64,000 bases of DNA from an uncultured bacterium. GTDB lineage: Bacteria > Krumholzibacteriota > Krumholzibacteriia > LZORAL124-64-63. The notes beneath the pieces were generated by a model, which saw only the letters and a list, made by a program, of their open reading frames with translations, was not told the DNA's origin and ran no database searches. The position numbers and the translations under genes were made by a program. The stretch covers positions 143,274 to 207,273 of the forward strand of contig CAVSGO010000002.1 of the NCBI GenBank assembly GCA_963727525.1, in the 5' to 3' direction. This document shows positions 48,357 through 58,291 of the stretch, in pieces. Each line of letters opens with the position of its first letter. The first letter of the stretch is position 1.

Positions 48357-49226
48357 CTAGCCGTGGACCAGCGGCTGCAGCCGCTGCACCACCTGCTCTT
48401 GCACGTCGTCCCAGAAGAGCTGCAGGTGCGGGAACGGGATCTGGATGCCGGCCGCGTCGAGGGCGAGCTTCGACGCCTCGAGCACCGCGTAGGTGGTGGC
48501 GCGGATCGACTCGCCATCGTCGATCCACACGCGCACCAGCAGGTTCACGCTGGAGTCGCCGAGACCCTCCACGACCACGCTCGGCGCCGGGTCGTTGCGC
48601 ACGTCGGCCAACGCGGCCACGGCCTTCTGCAGGACCTCGCGCGCCTGGATCACATCTTCCTTGTAGGCGATGCCCAGCGGCACGTCGATGCGGATATCGC
48701 CGTGCTTGCTGCTGTTCTCCAGCACAGCGTCGATGATCTTCTTGTTGGGGATCACCACGAAGGTGTTGCGCGGCGTGCGGATGCGCGTGGAGCGCAAGGT
48801 GATGTCCTGCACCATACCGAACTGCCCCTCCACGTCGATCCAGTCGCCCACGATGAAGGGCTTGTCCCAGAAGATCAGGAACCCGGCAATGGTGTTCGAC
48901 AGCGAATCCTGTGCCGCGAAGCCGAAAGCCACGCCCACCACGCCGATGCCGGCCAGGGCCGCACCCACGTTCACGCCGAGCTGGTCGAGCGCCATCACGA
49001 CGCCGAAGACCGCCACGGCGTAGCGATAGATGCTGTCCACGAGCAGCTCCACCAGCCTGGCATGCAGTCCGGCGTGGTTCAGCGCGGCGCGCAAAGGCGC
49101 GCGTGTCAGGCGGAACAGCAACCAGAATGCTGCGAGGGTCAGGATCGTGGTGACCACGTTGGGCAAGAAGGCTATGAGGCGGGTCACGAGCTCGTTGACA
49201 TCGAGGTAAGGGCGCAGCCAGTCCAT
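48357..49226 (-). CDS. Small-conductance mechanosensitive channel (MscS family)
   Basis: GVAFGFAAQDSLSNTIAG, KPFIVGDWI, ITLRSTRIRT, IPN, IQIPFP. Confidence 0.93.
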   Translation of the reverse strand: MDWLRPYLDVNELVTRLIAFLPNVVTTILTLAAFWLLFRLTRAPLRAALNHAGLHARLVELLVDSIYRYAVAVFGVVMALDQLGVNVGAALAGIGVVGVAFGFAAQDSLSNTIAGFLIFWDKPFIVGDWIDVEGQFGMVQDITLRSTRIRTPRNTFVVIPNKKIIDAVLENSSKHGDIRIDVPLGIAYKEDVIQAREVLQKAVAALADVRNDPAPSVVVEGLGDSSVNLLVRVWIDDGESIRATTYAVLEASKLALDAAGIQIPFPHLQLFWDDVQEQVVQRLQPLVHG

Positions 49227-49355
49227 GAGTGCCTCCCGTTTGGATGACGGATGTCGGATCAAGACAGTCTAGCCACAACCCACCCACCGGGCCCGTCACG
49301 ACGCGGGCCCCGACCGAAGCCGGGGCCCGCCATGGGAACGCGCGCTATTGTCGAA

Positions 49356-51299
49356 TCATTTCACGAGCATGAGCTTGGCCGTGCGTACGCCCGCGGCGCT
49401 CTCCAGCCGCGCCAGGTACGTACCCGATGCCACGCGCTGGCCGCTGGCATCCACGCCGGTCCAGGTTTCCGTGTACTCGCCGGCCGCGTAGGCGTGATCG
49501 GCCACGGTGGCCACCACGCGACCGTTGAGGTCGACCACGCTCAGCCGCACGTGCTGCGGACGATCCAGCGAGAACTTGATCGCCGTCTGCGGATTGAACG
49601 GGTTGGGATGCGCGCTGCTCAGCCGCACACCCGCCGGCACCTCGATGGACACGGTGCGCTCGCTCAGCAGCAGATCCGGCCCGCCGGGATACGAATACGA
49701 CAGCGCGTACGTGATCTCGCCGGCACCCGGGCTGTCCGTCGCCACGAAGCTGCTCGCGCCGAGCGACGTGTAGGGTACGTCCCACGACGCCACGCCACGA
49801 CGCGCACGCAGGTGGTACTGCACCGGCGCGCCGTCGCTCTGCACCTGCCACACCACCTGCACCTGGCCGTCCTGCGGTGTCACGGTGAAGCCGGTCAGGA
49901 ACGTGGCCACGGGCTGGCCGGTAGGCATGGCGAAGCCCATGCGCACGGCTCGGTCTTCGGGGCTCGGGATCTCGCCCTCGTAGCCCAGCTCGTCGGCGTC
50001 GCCCATCTCGGGCTGCGGCACCGGCGTGTCGAGAGACGGCGTCAGGTCGACATCGCCCACGAAATACATGGTGACCACGCCGCCATTGTCGCGATCGCCG
50101 ATCGAGAGCGAGGCGATGCCGGTGAAACCGGCGAGGATGGCGCCGGGCTCGGGCGTGCCGTCGCCGTCCACGTCCACCGGATCGCCCTCCATGAGCATGA
50201 GGTCGCCGTTGAAGAACAGAGCTTCCTTGCTCACCCCATCGACGAGCACGTCCCAGACCACGGCGTAGTCGCCGTCGGCGTTCATGTATGCCGACTCGAT
50301 GGAGCCGGTGATCACGTAGCCGTCGATCATGTCGCCCTCGCGCAGCACGATCTGGCCGTTCAGGAGCAGGAACTCGTCGGTGGCGGTGGCGCCATCGGTG
50401 TCGCCGGTGAACATGTAGTCGCCGTTCTCGTTGATACCCTCGGAATCGAAGTTGTCCCAGTTCTCACCGGGCAAGCCACCGGCGGCGGCAGGCACCGGAC
50501 TGGCTTCGGTCACGGGCATACCGTCGATCATGATCACGGCACCGTCGATGACCATGGAGTTGTCATTGGTCGTGGAGCCGGTGTTGGTGCCCACCTCGGC
50601 GATGTAGTGCGTGCCGAGGGCGGAGACCCGGTAGTCGAAGCTGATGCCGGCCGAGCCCGTCACCACCGGGTCGGGCAGACCCGTGATCATGTCGCCGCCG
50701 ATGAGGCGCGGCGCCGCGTCGAGGCCGTAGAAGAGGCCGCGATTGTCGGTGGAGCCACCCTGCGTGTCGGTGATGCCGCCGACGAAGTAGGGAATGCCGT
50801 CCTGGGTCACGCCTGGCCGGCTCCCGAAACTCCACCAGTAGCCGGGCGTGAAGGGATACACCTCTTCCTCCACCGCGACCGGGTCGTCATTGAGGAAGAC
50901 GCCGTCGAGGCTCGTGCTTCCGGAGTCGGTATTGTTGGAGAGGGGGCTGTAGGCAACGGTGGTCTCGCCGATGCCGAAGAACGTCTCGAACGACTGCTGA
51001 TCGTACACGCCGTACAGGCCCTCGCGACGCAGTACCGTGCCGGTTCCGCCGGCCAGGTTGCCCCAGACCGTCGAGACCGTGGCGCCGGCGTCGTCCGTAT
51101 TGCAGGTAAATGCATAGCCGCCGCTATGGTTGGCGGCGGAGGTGTTGATGGAGGTGACGGTCTGGCCGGCGTTGCCGCCGGGGATCTCCTGACCGGCCTG
51201 GATCAAGGCAGTGGCGGTCTGCGCACTGGCGCTGCCGGCCAGGGCCAGCACGAGCACGGCCGCCACGCCGAGCAAGCGAATCGTGAGCGAAGAGTGCAT
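49356..51299 (-). CDS. Secreted protein with NxxGxxAF-type repeats and an FlgD-Ig/T9SS-like C-terminal domain
   Basis: Signal peptide ending ASA; repeats NHSGGYAF, NENGDYMF and NADGDYAV; tail HPNPFNPQT...VASGTYLARL...KLMLVK. Confidence 0.78.
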   Translation of the reverse strand: MHSSLTIRLLGVAAVLVLALAGSASAQTATALIQAGQEIPGGNAGQTVTSINTSAANHSGGYAFTCNTDDAGATVSTVWGNLAGGTGTVLRREGLYGVYDQQSFETFFGIGETTVAYSPLSNNTDSGSTSLDGVFLNDDPVAVEEEVYPFTPGYWWSFGSRPGVTQDGIPYFVGGITDTQGGSTDNRGLFYGLDAAPRLIGGDMITGLPDPVVTGSAGISFDYRVSALGTHYIAEVGTNTGSTTNDNSMVIDGAVIMIDGMPVTEASPVPAAAGGLPGENWDNFDSEGINENGDYMFTGDTDGATATDEFLLLNGQIVLREGDMIDGYVITGSIESAYMNADGDYAVVWDVLVDGVSKEALFFNGDLMLMEGDPVDVDGDGTPEPGAILAGFTGIASLSIGDRDNGGVVTMYFVGDVDLTPSLDTPVPQPEMGDADELGYEGEIPSPEDRAVRMGFAMPTGQPVATFLTGFTVTPQDGQVQVVWQVQSDGAPVQYHLRARRGVASWDVPYTSLGASSFVATDSPGAGEITYALSYSYPGGPDLLLSERTVSIEVPAGVRLSSAHPNPFNPQTAIKFSLDRPQHVRLSVVDLNGRVVATVADHAYAAGEYTETWTGVDASGQRVASGTYLARLESAAGVRTAKLMLVK

Positions 51300-51428
51300 G
51301 GGGAACCTCCTCTGGAACGCGAGGGTGATGATTCTGAAAATGCAATTATCAAGAACCATGGCGAATTCATACGATACCCGTCGCATCGTATCACAATCTC
51401 GTGAGGAATGGGGAAGAAATCCGCCGGA

Positions 51429-53720
51429 TCAGCGGGGACGGTCGAGCACCTCGCGCACCATGTGCAGGAGGTCGCCGGTCGTGAGCGGCTTCTGCAGGAA
51501 GTCGATGCCGTCGGCGAGTCCGCCATGGTGGACGATGGCCTCGTCGGTATATCCGGACATGTAGATCACCGGCAGGTCGGGATAGGCGACGAGCATGTGC
51601 TGGTACAGCTCGTGACCATTCAGAAATGGCATGATGACGTCGGTGAGCAGCAGGTCGATCGTGCTGCCGCCCTGACCGAGAGCATCGAGGCACGCGCGCG
51701 GGTCCTCGAAATCATACACCTCGTAGCCGCGCTTGCCGAGGATCGTGCGCACGAGGTCGCGTACCATGGGGTCGTCTTCCACGAGGACGATCGTTTCGCG
51801 GCCGCCGCTCGCCTCGCCGCGCGACTCGGGCTCTTCGCCGCGCAATGTCTCGCCCACGGCGGCGCGCAGGACGATGCGGAAGGTCGTGCCGCCGCCGGGT
51901 GCCGTGTACAGGTCGATCGAACCGCCGTGCTGCTTCACGATGCCGTGCACCGTGGCGAGGCCGAGCCCCGTGCCGCGCCCGGCATCCTTGGTGGTGAAGA
52001 ACGGCTCGAAGATGTGCTCCCGGTCATCCGGCTTGATGCCCTCGCCGGTGTCGATCACCGAGAGCACGACGTGCGCTCCGAGGCGCAGCTCGGGGTGCGT
52101 GCGGCGCACGACCGGATCGACGTCGAGATGCGACGTCGTGATCGTCAACCGGCCACCGTCGGGCATGGCATCCTGCGCATTGATCGCCAGATTCATCAGG
52201 ATGAGTTCGAGCTGGGCGACGTCGGCGTAGGCCAGGCATGGCTCGGGATCGGCGACGACAACCAGCTCCACGTCGTCGCGCAGCGTGCGTCGCAGGATCT
52301 GCTCGAAACTCTCCACGGCATGGCTGAGGTCGACCACCTTCATCGCCAGCACCTGCTTGCGGCCGAAGGCCAGGAGCTGGCGCGCCAGGTCCTTGGCGCG
52401 GGTGGCGGCGCGGTGGATCTGACTGATGTCCTGCTGCCACTCCGGGTAAGGCTCGTCGACGGCGAGTAGCATCTCGCTGTAGCCCAGGATGGGCGAAAGC
52501 AGGTTGTTGAAATCGTGGGCCACGCCTCCGGCGAGGCGCCCGATCGACTCGAGCTTCTGCGCCTGCAGAAGCTCGTGTTCCAGCCGGCGCCGCTCGCTCA
52601 CGTCACGCACGATGACCATCGTGTGCGGCCGCCCGCGCAGCACCAGCGGCGACGCCGTGAGTTCCGTATCCACGGTGCTGGCGTCGAAGCGGCGCGCCAC
52701 CGCTGGGAACGACAGCGCCACGCGTCGGCCCGCCTCCGCCGACTCGCGAATCTGCGCGGCCGCCGACTCGCCGAAGAGCTGCTCCGGACCAAGGCCCGTG
52801 AGGTGACCCGTCTCGCCGCCGAACAGTGTGGCCGCGGCTGGGCTGGCTGCCGTGACCGTCCCGATGTGATCGAGGATCAGGATGCCGTCGGTCATCGTGA
52901 TGAAGATCTGCCGGTAGCGGTCCTCGCTCTCGCGCAGATCGGCATTGGCAGCCGCGAGGTCCTGCATCTTCTGGCGGATCGCGTCGCGCATGCTCAGGAA
53001 CGCGCGTGCCAGCACCCCCACCTCGCCCGTGTGGTGGGTGGCGACGGCCTGGTCGAGGTCGCCCGCCGCCATGGCGCTGGCCGTGGTGGCCAGCTCGAGG
53101 ATCGGGCGCGTGAAGCGAACGAGCACCAGGATCAGCGCGCCCAGGATGACGACGGTCACCGCCACCCACACGATGACGAGCTTGCTCTGGATGTCGCGCG
53201 CCGGCGCGTACATCTCCGCCAGCGGCACGGTGTAGGCGATGAGCCAGCCCCATGGTTCGAAGGTCCGGAACATCGCGCGGCGCGGCCGCCCATCGACATA
53301 CGAGTAGTCGATCTCCCCCGCGTTGAGCTGCAGCGCCTTCTGCACGTAGTCGGTGCGCGCGAGCGAGGTGTCGCCGCGTGGGAGGGAGGGATGCAGCACC
53401 ACCGCCCCGTTGCGATCGAAGATCGTCGGGTAATCGGTCGCCTTGCGCCCCTGGTAATACAGGCGTCGCAAGGTGGCCACCATGGAGTCCTTGAAGTCGT
53501 TCTCGTACGCCGCGACCTGGCCGGTGAACTTCAGGCGCTCCACCTGCCGGTCGAGCATGCGCTCGATGGCGTCGAGGCGTTCACCATAGACGTCGCGCTG
53601 GCTGCGATCGACGACCGCGCGCACCTGATGCATCACCACCAGCATCACGGCGAGCGACGTCACGGCGAAGGTGCCACCCACGAGAATCGCCAGTCGAACC
53701 ACGAGGGAGTCGCGTGTCAT
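51429..53720 (-). CDS. Hybrid histidine kinase (Cache, HAMP, PAS, HisKA, HATPase, REC)
   Basis: H-box GRLAGGVAHDFNNLL; NAQDAM, FEPFFTTK, GTGLGL; REC motifs VEDD and LTDVIMP. Confidence 0.93.
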   Translation of the reverse strand: MTRDSLVVRLAILVGGTFAVTSLAVMLVVMHQVRAVVDRSQRDVYGERLDAIERMLDRQVERLKFTGQVAAYENDFKDSMVATLRRLYYQGRKATDYPTIFDRNGAVVLHPSLPRGDTSLARTDYVQKALQLNAGEIDYSYVDGRPRRAMFRTFEPWGWLIAYTVPLAEMYAPARDIQSKLVIVWVAVTVVILGALILVLVRFTRPILELATTASAMAAGDLDQAVATHHTGEVGVLARAFLSMRDAIRQKMQDLAAANADLRESEDRYRQIFITMTDGILILDHIGTVTAASPAAATLFGGETGHLTGLGPEQLFGESAAAQIRESAEAGRRVALSFPAVARRFDASTVDTELTASPLVLRGRPHTMVIVRDVSERRRLEHELLQAQKLESIGRLAGGVAHDFNNLLSPILGYSEMLLAVDEPYPEWQQDISQIHRAATRAKDLARQLLAFGRKQVLAMKVVDLSHAVESFEQILRRTLRDDVELVVVADPEPCLAYADVAQLELILMNLAINAQDAMPDGGRLTITTSHLDVDPVVRRTHPELRLGAHVVLSVIDTGEGIKPDDREHIFEPFFTTKDAGRGTGLGLATVHGIVKQHGGSIDLYTAPGGGTTFRIVLRAAVGETLRGEEPESRGEASGGRETIVLVEDDPMVRDLVRTILGKRGYEVYDFEDPRACLDALGQGGSTIDLLLTDVIMPFLNGHELYQHMLVAYPDLPVIYMSGYTDEAIVHHGGLADGIDFLQKPLTTGDLLHMVREVLDRPR

Positions 53721-54769
53721 GGCCGCAGCCTCTCCTCGACGAACGTGGAGCGGTCGATGAGGTCCATGCTGAACCGGATGCCGAGGCTGCGGGCCAGCGT
53801 CATGTTCAGGTAGATCCGGCTCTCCCGGTTCGTGGCCACGGGAATGGTTTGCGGGGAGCGTCCGGCCAGGATCTCGAGGGCCGTGGTCGCCGCCCACGAG
53901 CCCTGCTCCTGCGGCACCTTGATGAAGCTCACCACAACGCACGGCACCATGCCGTCGGTCACGGTCCCGGTGGGGATACGGGTGAAGGCGTTGGTGACGC
54001 GGATCGCTTCCTTCTCGTCCCAGCCGTCGACTCCGGTGATATTCTGCAGCAACATGAGGTAGTCGACCTCGTCCTGCATGCGGATGAACTGCTCGAGCCA
54101 CTGGGTGAAGGTGTGAACGTAGGTGACCGTGAGGTCCAGTCCGAAGCGCTCCTGATAGATGGCGGCTTCACGGCGGCCGGAGAGCGAATCGAGGACCAGC
54201 AACCCGCCGCGATTGCCCGCCGCGTGACGTTTCAGCTCCGCCACCAGCTCCGGCACGAGCGATACCTCCACCATGCCGGTCACGTTCTTGCATGGAAAAC
54301 CGTAGACCGATGCGTCCCAGTTCACGCCGCAGAAGACCACGGGCAGATCGGTGTTGCGCAGGTAGGGCGCGACGAGGTCACGCGCCGCGTTGTCGTCGGC
54401 GGCCACCAGGAGATCCGGTTGCCAGCTCGTGATGAGCTGGCGCGCACGCGCGATGACGGACGGGGTCCATTCGGGCTCCTGATGCCGCTTCGCGTCCATG
54501 AAGAAGAACTTCACGACCTGCCGTCCGTCCCGTGATCGATAGAGCCCGTTCGCGTCGGCTTTCAGATGCAGCGTCGAGACGAACCCATCGCGGATCCCGT
54601 CGCTCCAGCCATATCCCGCGTGGTAGGAATCGACGAAGAGAATACGGGTCGGTTCCGGCGCCGCACTCTCCGTCGGCGGTGTCTGGGCATACGCCGGCAT
54701 CGGGATGCTTAGCAGGTTGCCCAGCAGCAGGGGGAGCAGGATGCACCGGCGGAACGAGGCGGACGGCAC
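53717..54769 (-). CDS. Periplasmic substrate-binding-like protein coupled to the downstream kinase
   Basis: Signal peptide; [38 protein letters not shown] overlap with the kinase. Confidence 0.8.
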   Translation of the reverse strand: MPSASFRRCILLPLLLGNLLSIPMPAYAQTPPTESAAPEPTRILFVDSYHAGYGWSDGIRDGFVSTLHLKADANGLYRSRDGRQVVKFFFMDAKRHQEPEWTPSVIARARQLITSWQPDLLVAADDNAARDLVAPYLRNTDLPVVFCGVNWDASVYGFPCKNVTGMVEVSLVPELVAELKRHAAGNRGGLLVLDSLSGRREAAIYQERFGLDLTVTYVHTFTQWLEQFIRMQDEVDYLMLLQNITGVDGWDEKEAIRVTNAFTRIPTGTVTDGMVPCVVVSFIKVPQEQGSWAATTALEILAGRSPQTIPVATNRESRIYLNMTLARSLGIRFSMDLIDRSTFVEERLRP

Positions 54770-54904
54770 CGGAGGTCTCCTGTGATCAGATGGACACGAA
54801 CCGCGGTCAATGGTCCCGCAGGTCATTTGAGAGTATAGTAATGTATAGCCACCGTCCACCTCGCAGGGGCCCGCGCCCTGTGAGAGACAACCGAGGAGGG
54901 CGCC

Positions 54905-55612
54905 ATGCCCGATCGCGTCGTCGAGAAACTCATCCAGCGGCAGCTCAACCAGTGGAGCCGCATCAGGGGACTCCTGAGTACCAGTCAGGATCCCACTAAT
55001 GTGCGGCCGCTGCCCACCATCACGATCAGCCGGCAACTCGGCGCCGGTGCGCGCGCCCTTGCGGAATCGGTGGCCGAACGCCTCGATCTGCAGGTCTACG
55101 ACCAGGAGATCATCGACCGCATCGCCCAGAGCGAGCATCTGTCGCGCGATGTCGTGGCCCAGCTCGACGAGCGCGTCGTCTCGGGCATCGACGCCTGGGT
55201 GCGCGGCATGCTCAACCAGCGCATGTTCTCTCCTGACGATTACCATATCGCCCTGGTGAAGACCGTGCATCGCCTCGCTGCCCACGGCGGCGTGATCATC
55301 ATGGGCCGTGGCGCCAACCAGATCCTGCGTGACCGCGCCGATCTCCGCCTGCGCATCGTCTCCAGCCAGGAGGCGCGCGTGGCGAATATCCAGCGATACG
55401 AGGCCGTTACGGCGGCCGAGGCCCGGCGTCGCCTCGACGCGTCCGACGCGCGGCGCGATGCCTTCGTGCGGAAGCTCTTTCACAGCGACGTCGAGGATCC
55501 GCTGCAGTATGACATCGTGATCGCGACCGACCGCATCGACGGCGAGGGGCTGGTCGACGTCGTCCTGGCCGCCCTCGCCACGCGGCGAGCCATGCTGCGA
55601 GCGGCGGGTTGA
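54905..55612 (+). CDS. Cytidylate kinase-like family protein
   Basis: ITISRQLGAGA, IIMGRGANQIL, D..RDAFVR...DPLQYDIVI. Confidence 0.9.
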   Translation: MPDRVVEKLIQRQLNQWSRIRGLLSTSQDPTNVRPLPTITISRQLGAGARALAESVAERLDLQVYDQEIIDRIAQSEHLSRDVVAQLDERVVSGIDAWVRGMLNQRMFSPDDYHIALVKTVHRLAAHGGVIIMGRGANQILRDRADLRLRIVSSQEARVANIQRYEAVTAAEARRRLDASDARRDAFVRKLFHSDVEDPLQYDIVIATDRIDGEGLVDVVLAALATRRAMLRAAG

Positions 55613-55615
55613 GGC

Positions 55616-56218
55616 ATGCGGATCGCTGTTCCGCCGCTCTCGCGCGGAGTGCCGCTCTTTCCCTTGCCCGACGCGTTCCTGTTCCCGGGTGTGGTGGCGC
55701 CGTTGCACATCTTCGAGCCCCGGTATCGCCAGATGGTCGGCGACCTTCTCGACGGTCCGGGACGCCTGGTGATCGCGGCGTTGCAACCCGATGCGCCGTC
55801 CACCGAGCACGGTCCGCAGACGGTGGGCGTGGGGGCGCTCGTGGAGATCGTCCACCACGAGAAGCTGGCCGATGGTTGCTATCTGATCTGGGTGCTCAGC
55901 CTGGGCCGGGTGACCATGACCGAGGTGGCCAGTGATCGGCTCTACCGCCGCGTCGATGCGGCCGCCCTCCTCGAGGCCGAGCCCGATGCCGAGCGCGCCG
56001 AGCGCCTGCAACCCCGCCTGGTGGCCGCACTCAAGAACCGGAGCTCCAATAACGACTTGACGTTGAGTGACTGGGGCTCGATCGGCCGCTTGGCCGACCT
56101 CCTGGTCGAGGCGCTCAAGCTCGACGCCGACCGTGTGGCGCAAGCCTTCCTCGAGCCCGATCCCGCCGTCCGGGCCGACCTGGCCTTGACCTGGTCGGGA
56201 CTTGTGGATCCCTCCTAG
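55616..56218 (+). CDS. LON peptidase substrate-binding (N-terminal) domain protein
   Basis: PLFPL...FPG...PLHIFEPRYRQMV; no AAA or protease domain. Confidence 0.9.
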   Translation: MRIAVPPLSRGVPLFPLPDAFLFPGVVAPLHIFEPRYRQMVGDLLDGPGRLVIAALQPDAPSTEHGPQTVGVGALVEIVHHEKLADGCYLIWVLSLGRVTMTEVASDRLYRRVDAAALLEAEPDAERAERLQPRLVAALKNRSSNNDLTLSDWGSIGRLADLLVEALKLDADRVAQAFLEPDPAVRADLALTWSGLVDPS

Positions 56219-56324
56219 TCGGTCGCATTTGCGGGGCGCCGCGCCTGTCTGAAGCAGGGGAACGCCTCTGGCCCCGCTCCCCGAAACGCGGCCTACCGGG
56301 CACCCCCTCAATCGCCGTTAATCT

Positions 56325-56348
56325 GTTGACAGGAAATCACCTGTCAAC
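56325..56348. promoter_or_regulatory. Perfect 9-bp inverted repeat upstream of the hydrogenase operon
   Basis: gttgacagg-aaatca-cctgtcaac. Confidence 0.6.
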
Positions 56349-56560
56349 GTGAAAACATATAGTGCACCGGTAGGTGGGATCGCGTATCTCGTTTTTTTGC
56401 TTGAATCTCTTGCGGAGATGACGATCTTCGCCATGTCAGAACCGAGCCTGAATTCGCCCATGGAGGCGTCGCTACGGCAGAAATCCCCGCATCGCCCCCA
56501 GACGGATGGCCCCCTAACACCTGTAACTGACTGATTGACAAGGCAAAGGAGTCGGCACTC

Positions 56561-57085
56561 ATGGTGTTAATGACAGAACAGGATAGGTTGCGGCACTCCC
56601 TGGAAGATCTCGTCGACCACTACGGCCGCCAGCGCAGCTCCCTGCTGCCCATCCTCCAGGACGTCCAGCGCCAGTACTTCCACGTGAGCGAGTACGCCAT
56701 GCAGGTCATCGCCGACCTGCTGGGCATCCACCCCGTGGAAGTGTGCGCCGTGGTGTCGTTCTACAGCTTCCTCGATTTCAAGCCGCGCGGCCGCTTCGTG
56801 GTCCGCGTGTGCCGCACCATGTGCTGCCACATGCAGGGCAAGGACCGCGTCGCCCGCCAGCTCGAGACCGACCTGGGCATCAAGTTCGGCGAGACCACGC
56901 CCGACGGGCGCTTCACCCTGGAATACGCCAACTGCATCGGCATGTGCGACCAGGGCCCAGCCCTGCTGGTGAACGACCAGGTGTTCACCCGGGTCACGCC
57001 CGATGGCGTGCACACGATCATCGAGGAGTGCCGCCGCGTCTTCGGCGTGCACGCCCAGCAGAGACCCGCGGAGGTGAAAGCATGA
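56561..57085 (+). CDS. hydC: [FeFe]-hydrogenase HydC (NuoE-like [2Fe-2S]) subunit
   Basis: VCRTMCCH and NCIGMCD Cys motifs; VVSFYSF. Confidence 0.9.
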   Translation: MVLMTEQDRLRHSLEDLVDHYGRQRSSLLPILQDVQRQYFHVSEYAMQVIADLLGIHPVEVCAVVSFYSFLDFKPRGRFVVRVCRTMCCHMQGKDRVARQLETDLGIKFGETTPDGRFTLEYANCIGMCDQGPALLVNDQVFTRVTPDGVHTIIEECRRVFGVHAQQRPAEVKA

Positions 57086-58275
57086 TCGAGAGCACCATCT
57101 TCAAGCCGCTCACCTTCGGTGCGATCGCGAAGAACGCCGGCCTCGATGCCGCGCTCGCTCACGAGCCCGAAGCGATCATTCAGCAGATCAAGGACTCGGG
57201 CCTGAAGGGCCGCGGCGGCGCCGGCTTCCCCACGGGTCTGAAGTGGCAATTCTGCGCCCAGGCTCGGGCCGCGCAGAAGTACGTCATCTGCAACGCCGAC
57301 GAGGGCGAACCGGGCACCTTCAAGGATCGCGTCATCCTGACCGAATTCCCCGACCTCGTGTTCGAGGGCATGACCATCGCCGCCCGCGCCATCGGCGCCA
57401 CCAGGGGCATCGTCTACCTGCGCGGCGAGTACACGTACCTGCAGGCCGGCTTGCTGGCGTGCCTGGCGCAACGCCGCGAGCAGGGTCTGCTCGGCGAGGG
57501 CATCCGCGGTATTGCGGACTTCACCTTCGACATCGAGATCCGCCTCGGCAGCGGCGCCTACGTCTGCGGCGAGGAGACGGCCCTCATCGAGTCGCTCGAG
57601 GGCCACCGCGGCGAATCGCGCAACCGCCCGCCCTTCCCCGCCGACACGGGCCTCGACGGCGACCCCACCGTGGTCAACAACGTGGAGACCCTGGTCTGGG
57701 CCGCCTGCATCATGAGCAAGGGCGCCGAGTGGTTCCGCGTGGTGGGCACCGACCGGTCCCGCGGCTTCAAGCTCTTCAGCGTCTCGGGCGACATCGATCA
57801 GCCCGGCGTCTACGAGCTACCCCTGGGCATCACGGTCGCCGAGTTGCTGCACGAGGTGGGCGGCGAGAACGCCAAGGCCGTGGTCGTGGGCGGCGCCGCC
57901 GGCCGCACCGTCCCCCGCGAGGAATTCGACCGGCTGATCTGCTACGAGGACGTCCCCACGGGTGGGTCTGTGGTCGTCTTCGGCCCCGGCCGCGACATGC
58001 TGGATGTGGCGGAGAACTTCCTCGAGTTCATGTGCGAGGAGAGCTGCGGCCAGTGCACCCCGTGTCGCATCGGTAATCCCAAGCTCCTGGAGTGCGTGCG
58101 CCTGCTGAAGGCGGGCACCTGCTCGGCGAAGTACCTGCGCGAGGTCGTGTCGCTCGGAGAATCGATCCACCTGGCCAGCAAGTGCGGCCTGGGCCAGTCG
58201 AGCGGCAACGTCTTCCTGTCGATCGTCGAGCACTTCAAGGACGAGATCATGGGCCGCACCATCGAGACCGCCTGA
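57082..58275 (+). CDS. hydB: [FeFe]-hydrogenase HydB (NuoF-like FMN/NADH subunit), short form
   Basis: GRGGAGFPTG, NADEGEPGTFKDR, YVCGEETAL, ESCGQCTPCR, CGLG; 397 aa. Confidence 0.9.
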   Translation: MIESTIFKPLTFGAIAKNAGLDAALAHEPEAIIQQIKDSGLKGRGGAGFPTGLKWQFCAQARAAQKYVICNADEGEPGTFKDRVILTEFPDLVFEGMTIAARAIGATRGIVYLRGEYTYLQAGLLACLAQRREQGLLGEGIRGIADFTFDIEIRLGSGAYVCGEETALIESLEGHRGESRNRPPFPADTGLDGDPTVVNNVETLVWAACIMSKGAEWFRVVGTDRSRGFKLFSVSGDIDQPGVYELPLGITVAELLHEVGGENAKAVVVGGAAGRTVPREEFDRLICYEDVPTGGSVVVFGPGRDMLDVAENFLEFMCEESCGQCTPCRIGNPKLLECVRLLKAGTCSAKYLREVVSLGESIHLASKCGLGQSSGNVFLSIVEHFKDEIMGRTIETA

Positions 58276-58291
58276 GGCAAGGAGCACCACC

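Noticed and set aside
49303-49330. 10-bp GC hairpin as an intrinsic terminator
   Set aside because: The stem is real but lacks a U-tract on either strand, so a terminator function is not supportable.
56561-58275. Complex I nuoEF genes
   Set aside because: They are followed by an H-cluster HydA rather than nuoG-N, so they were assigned to the hydrogenase.
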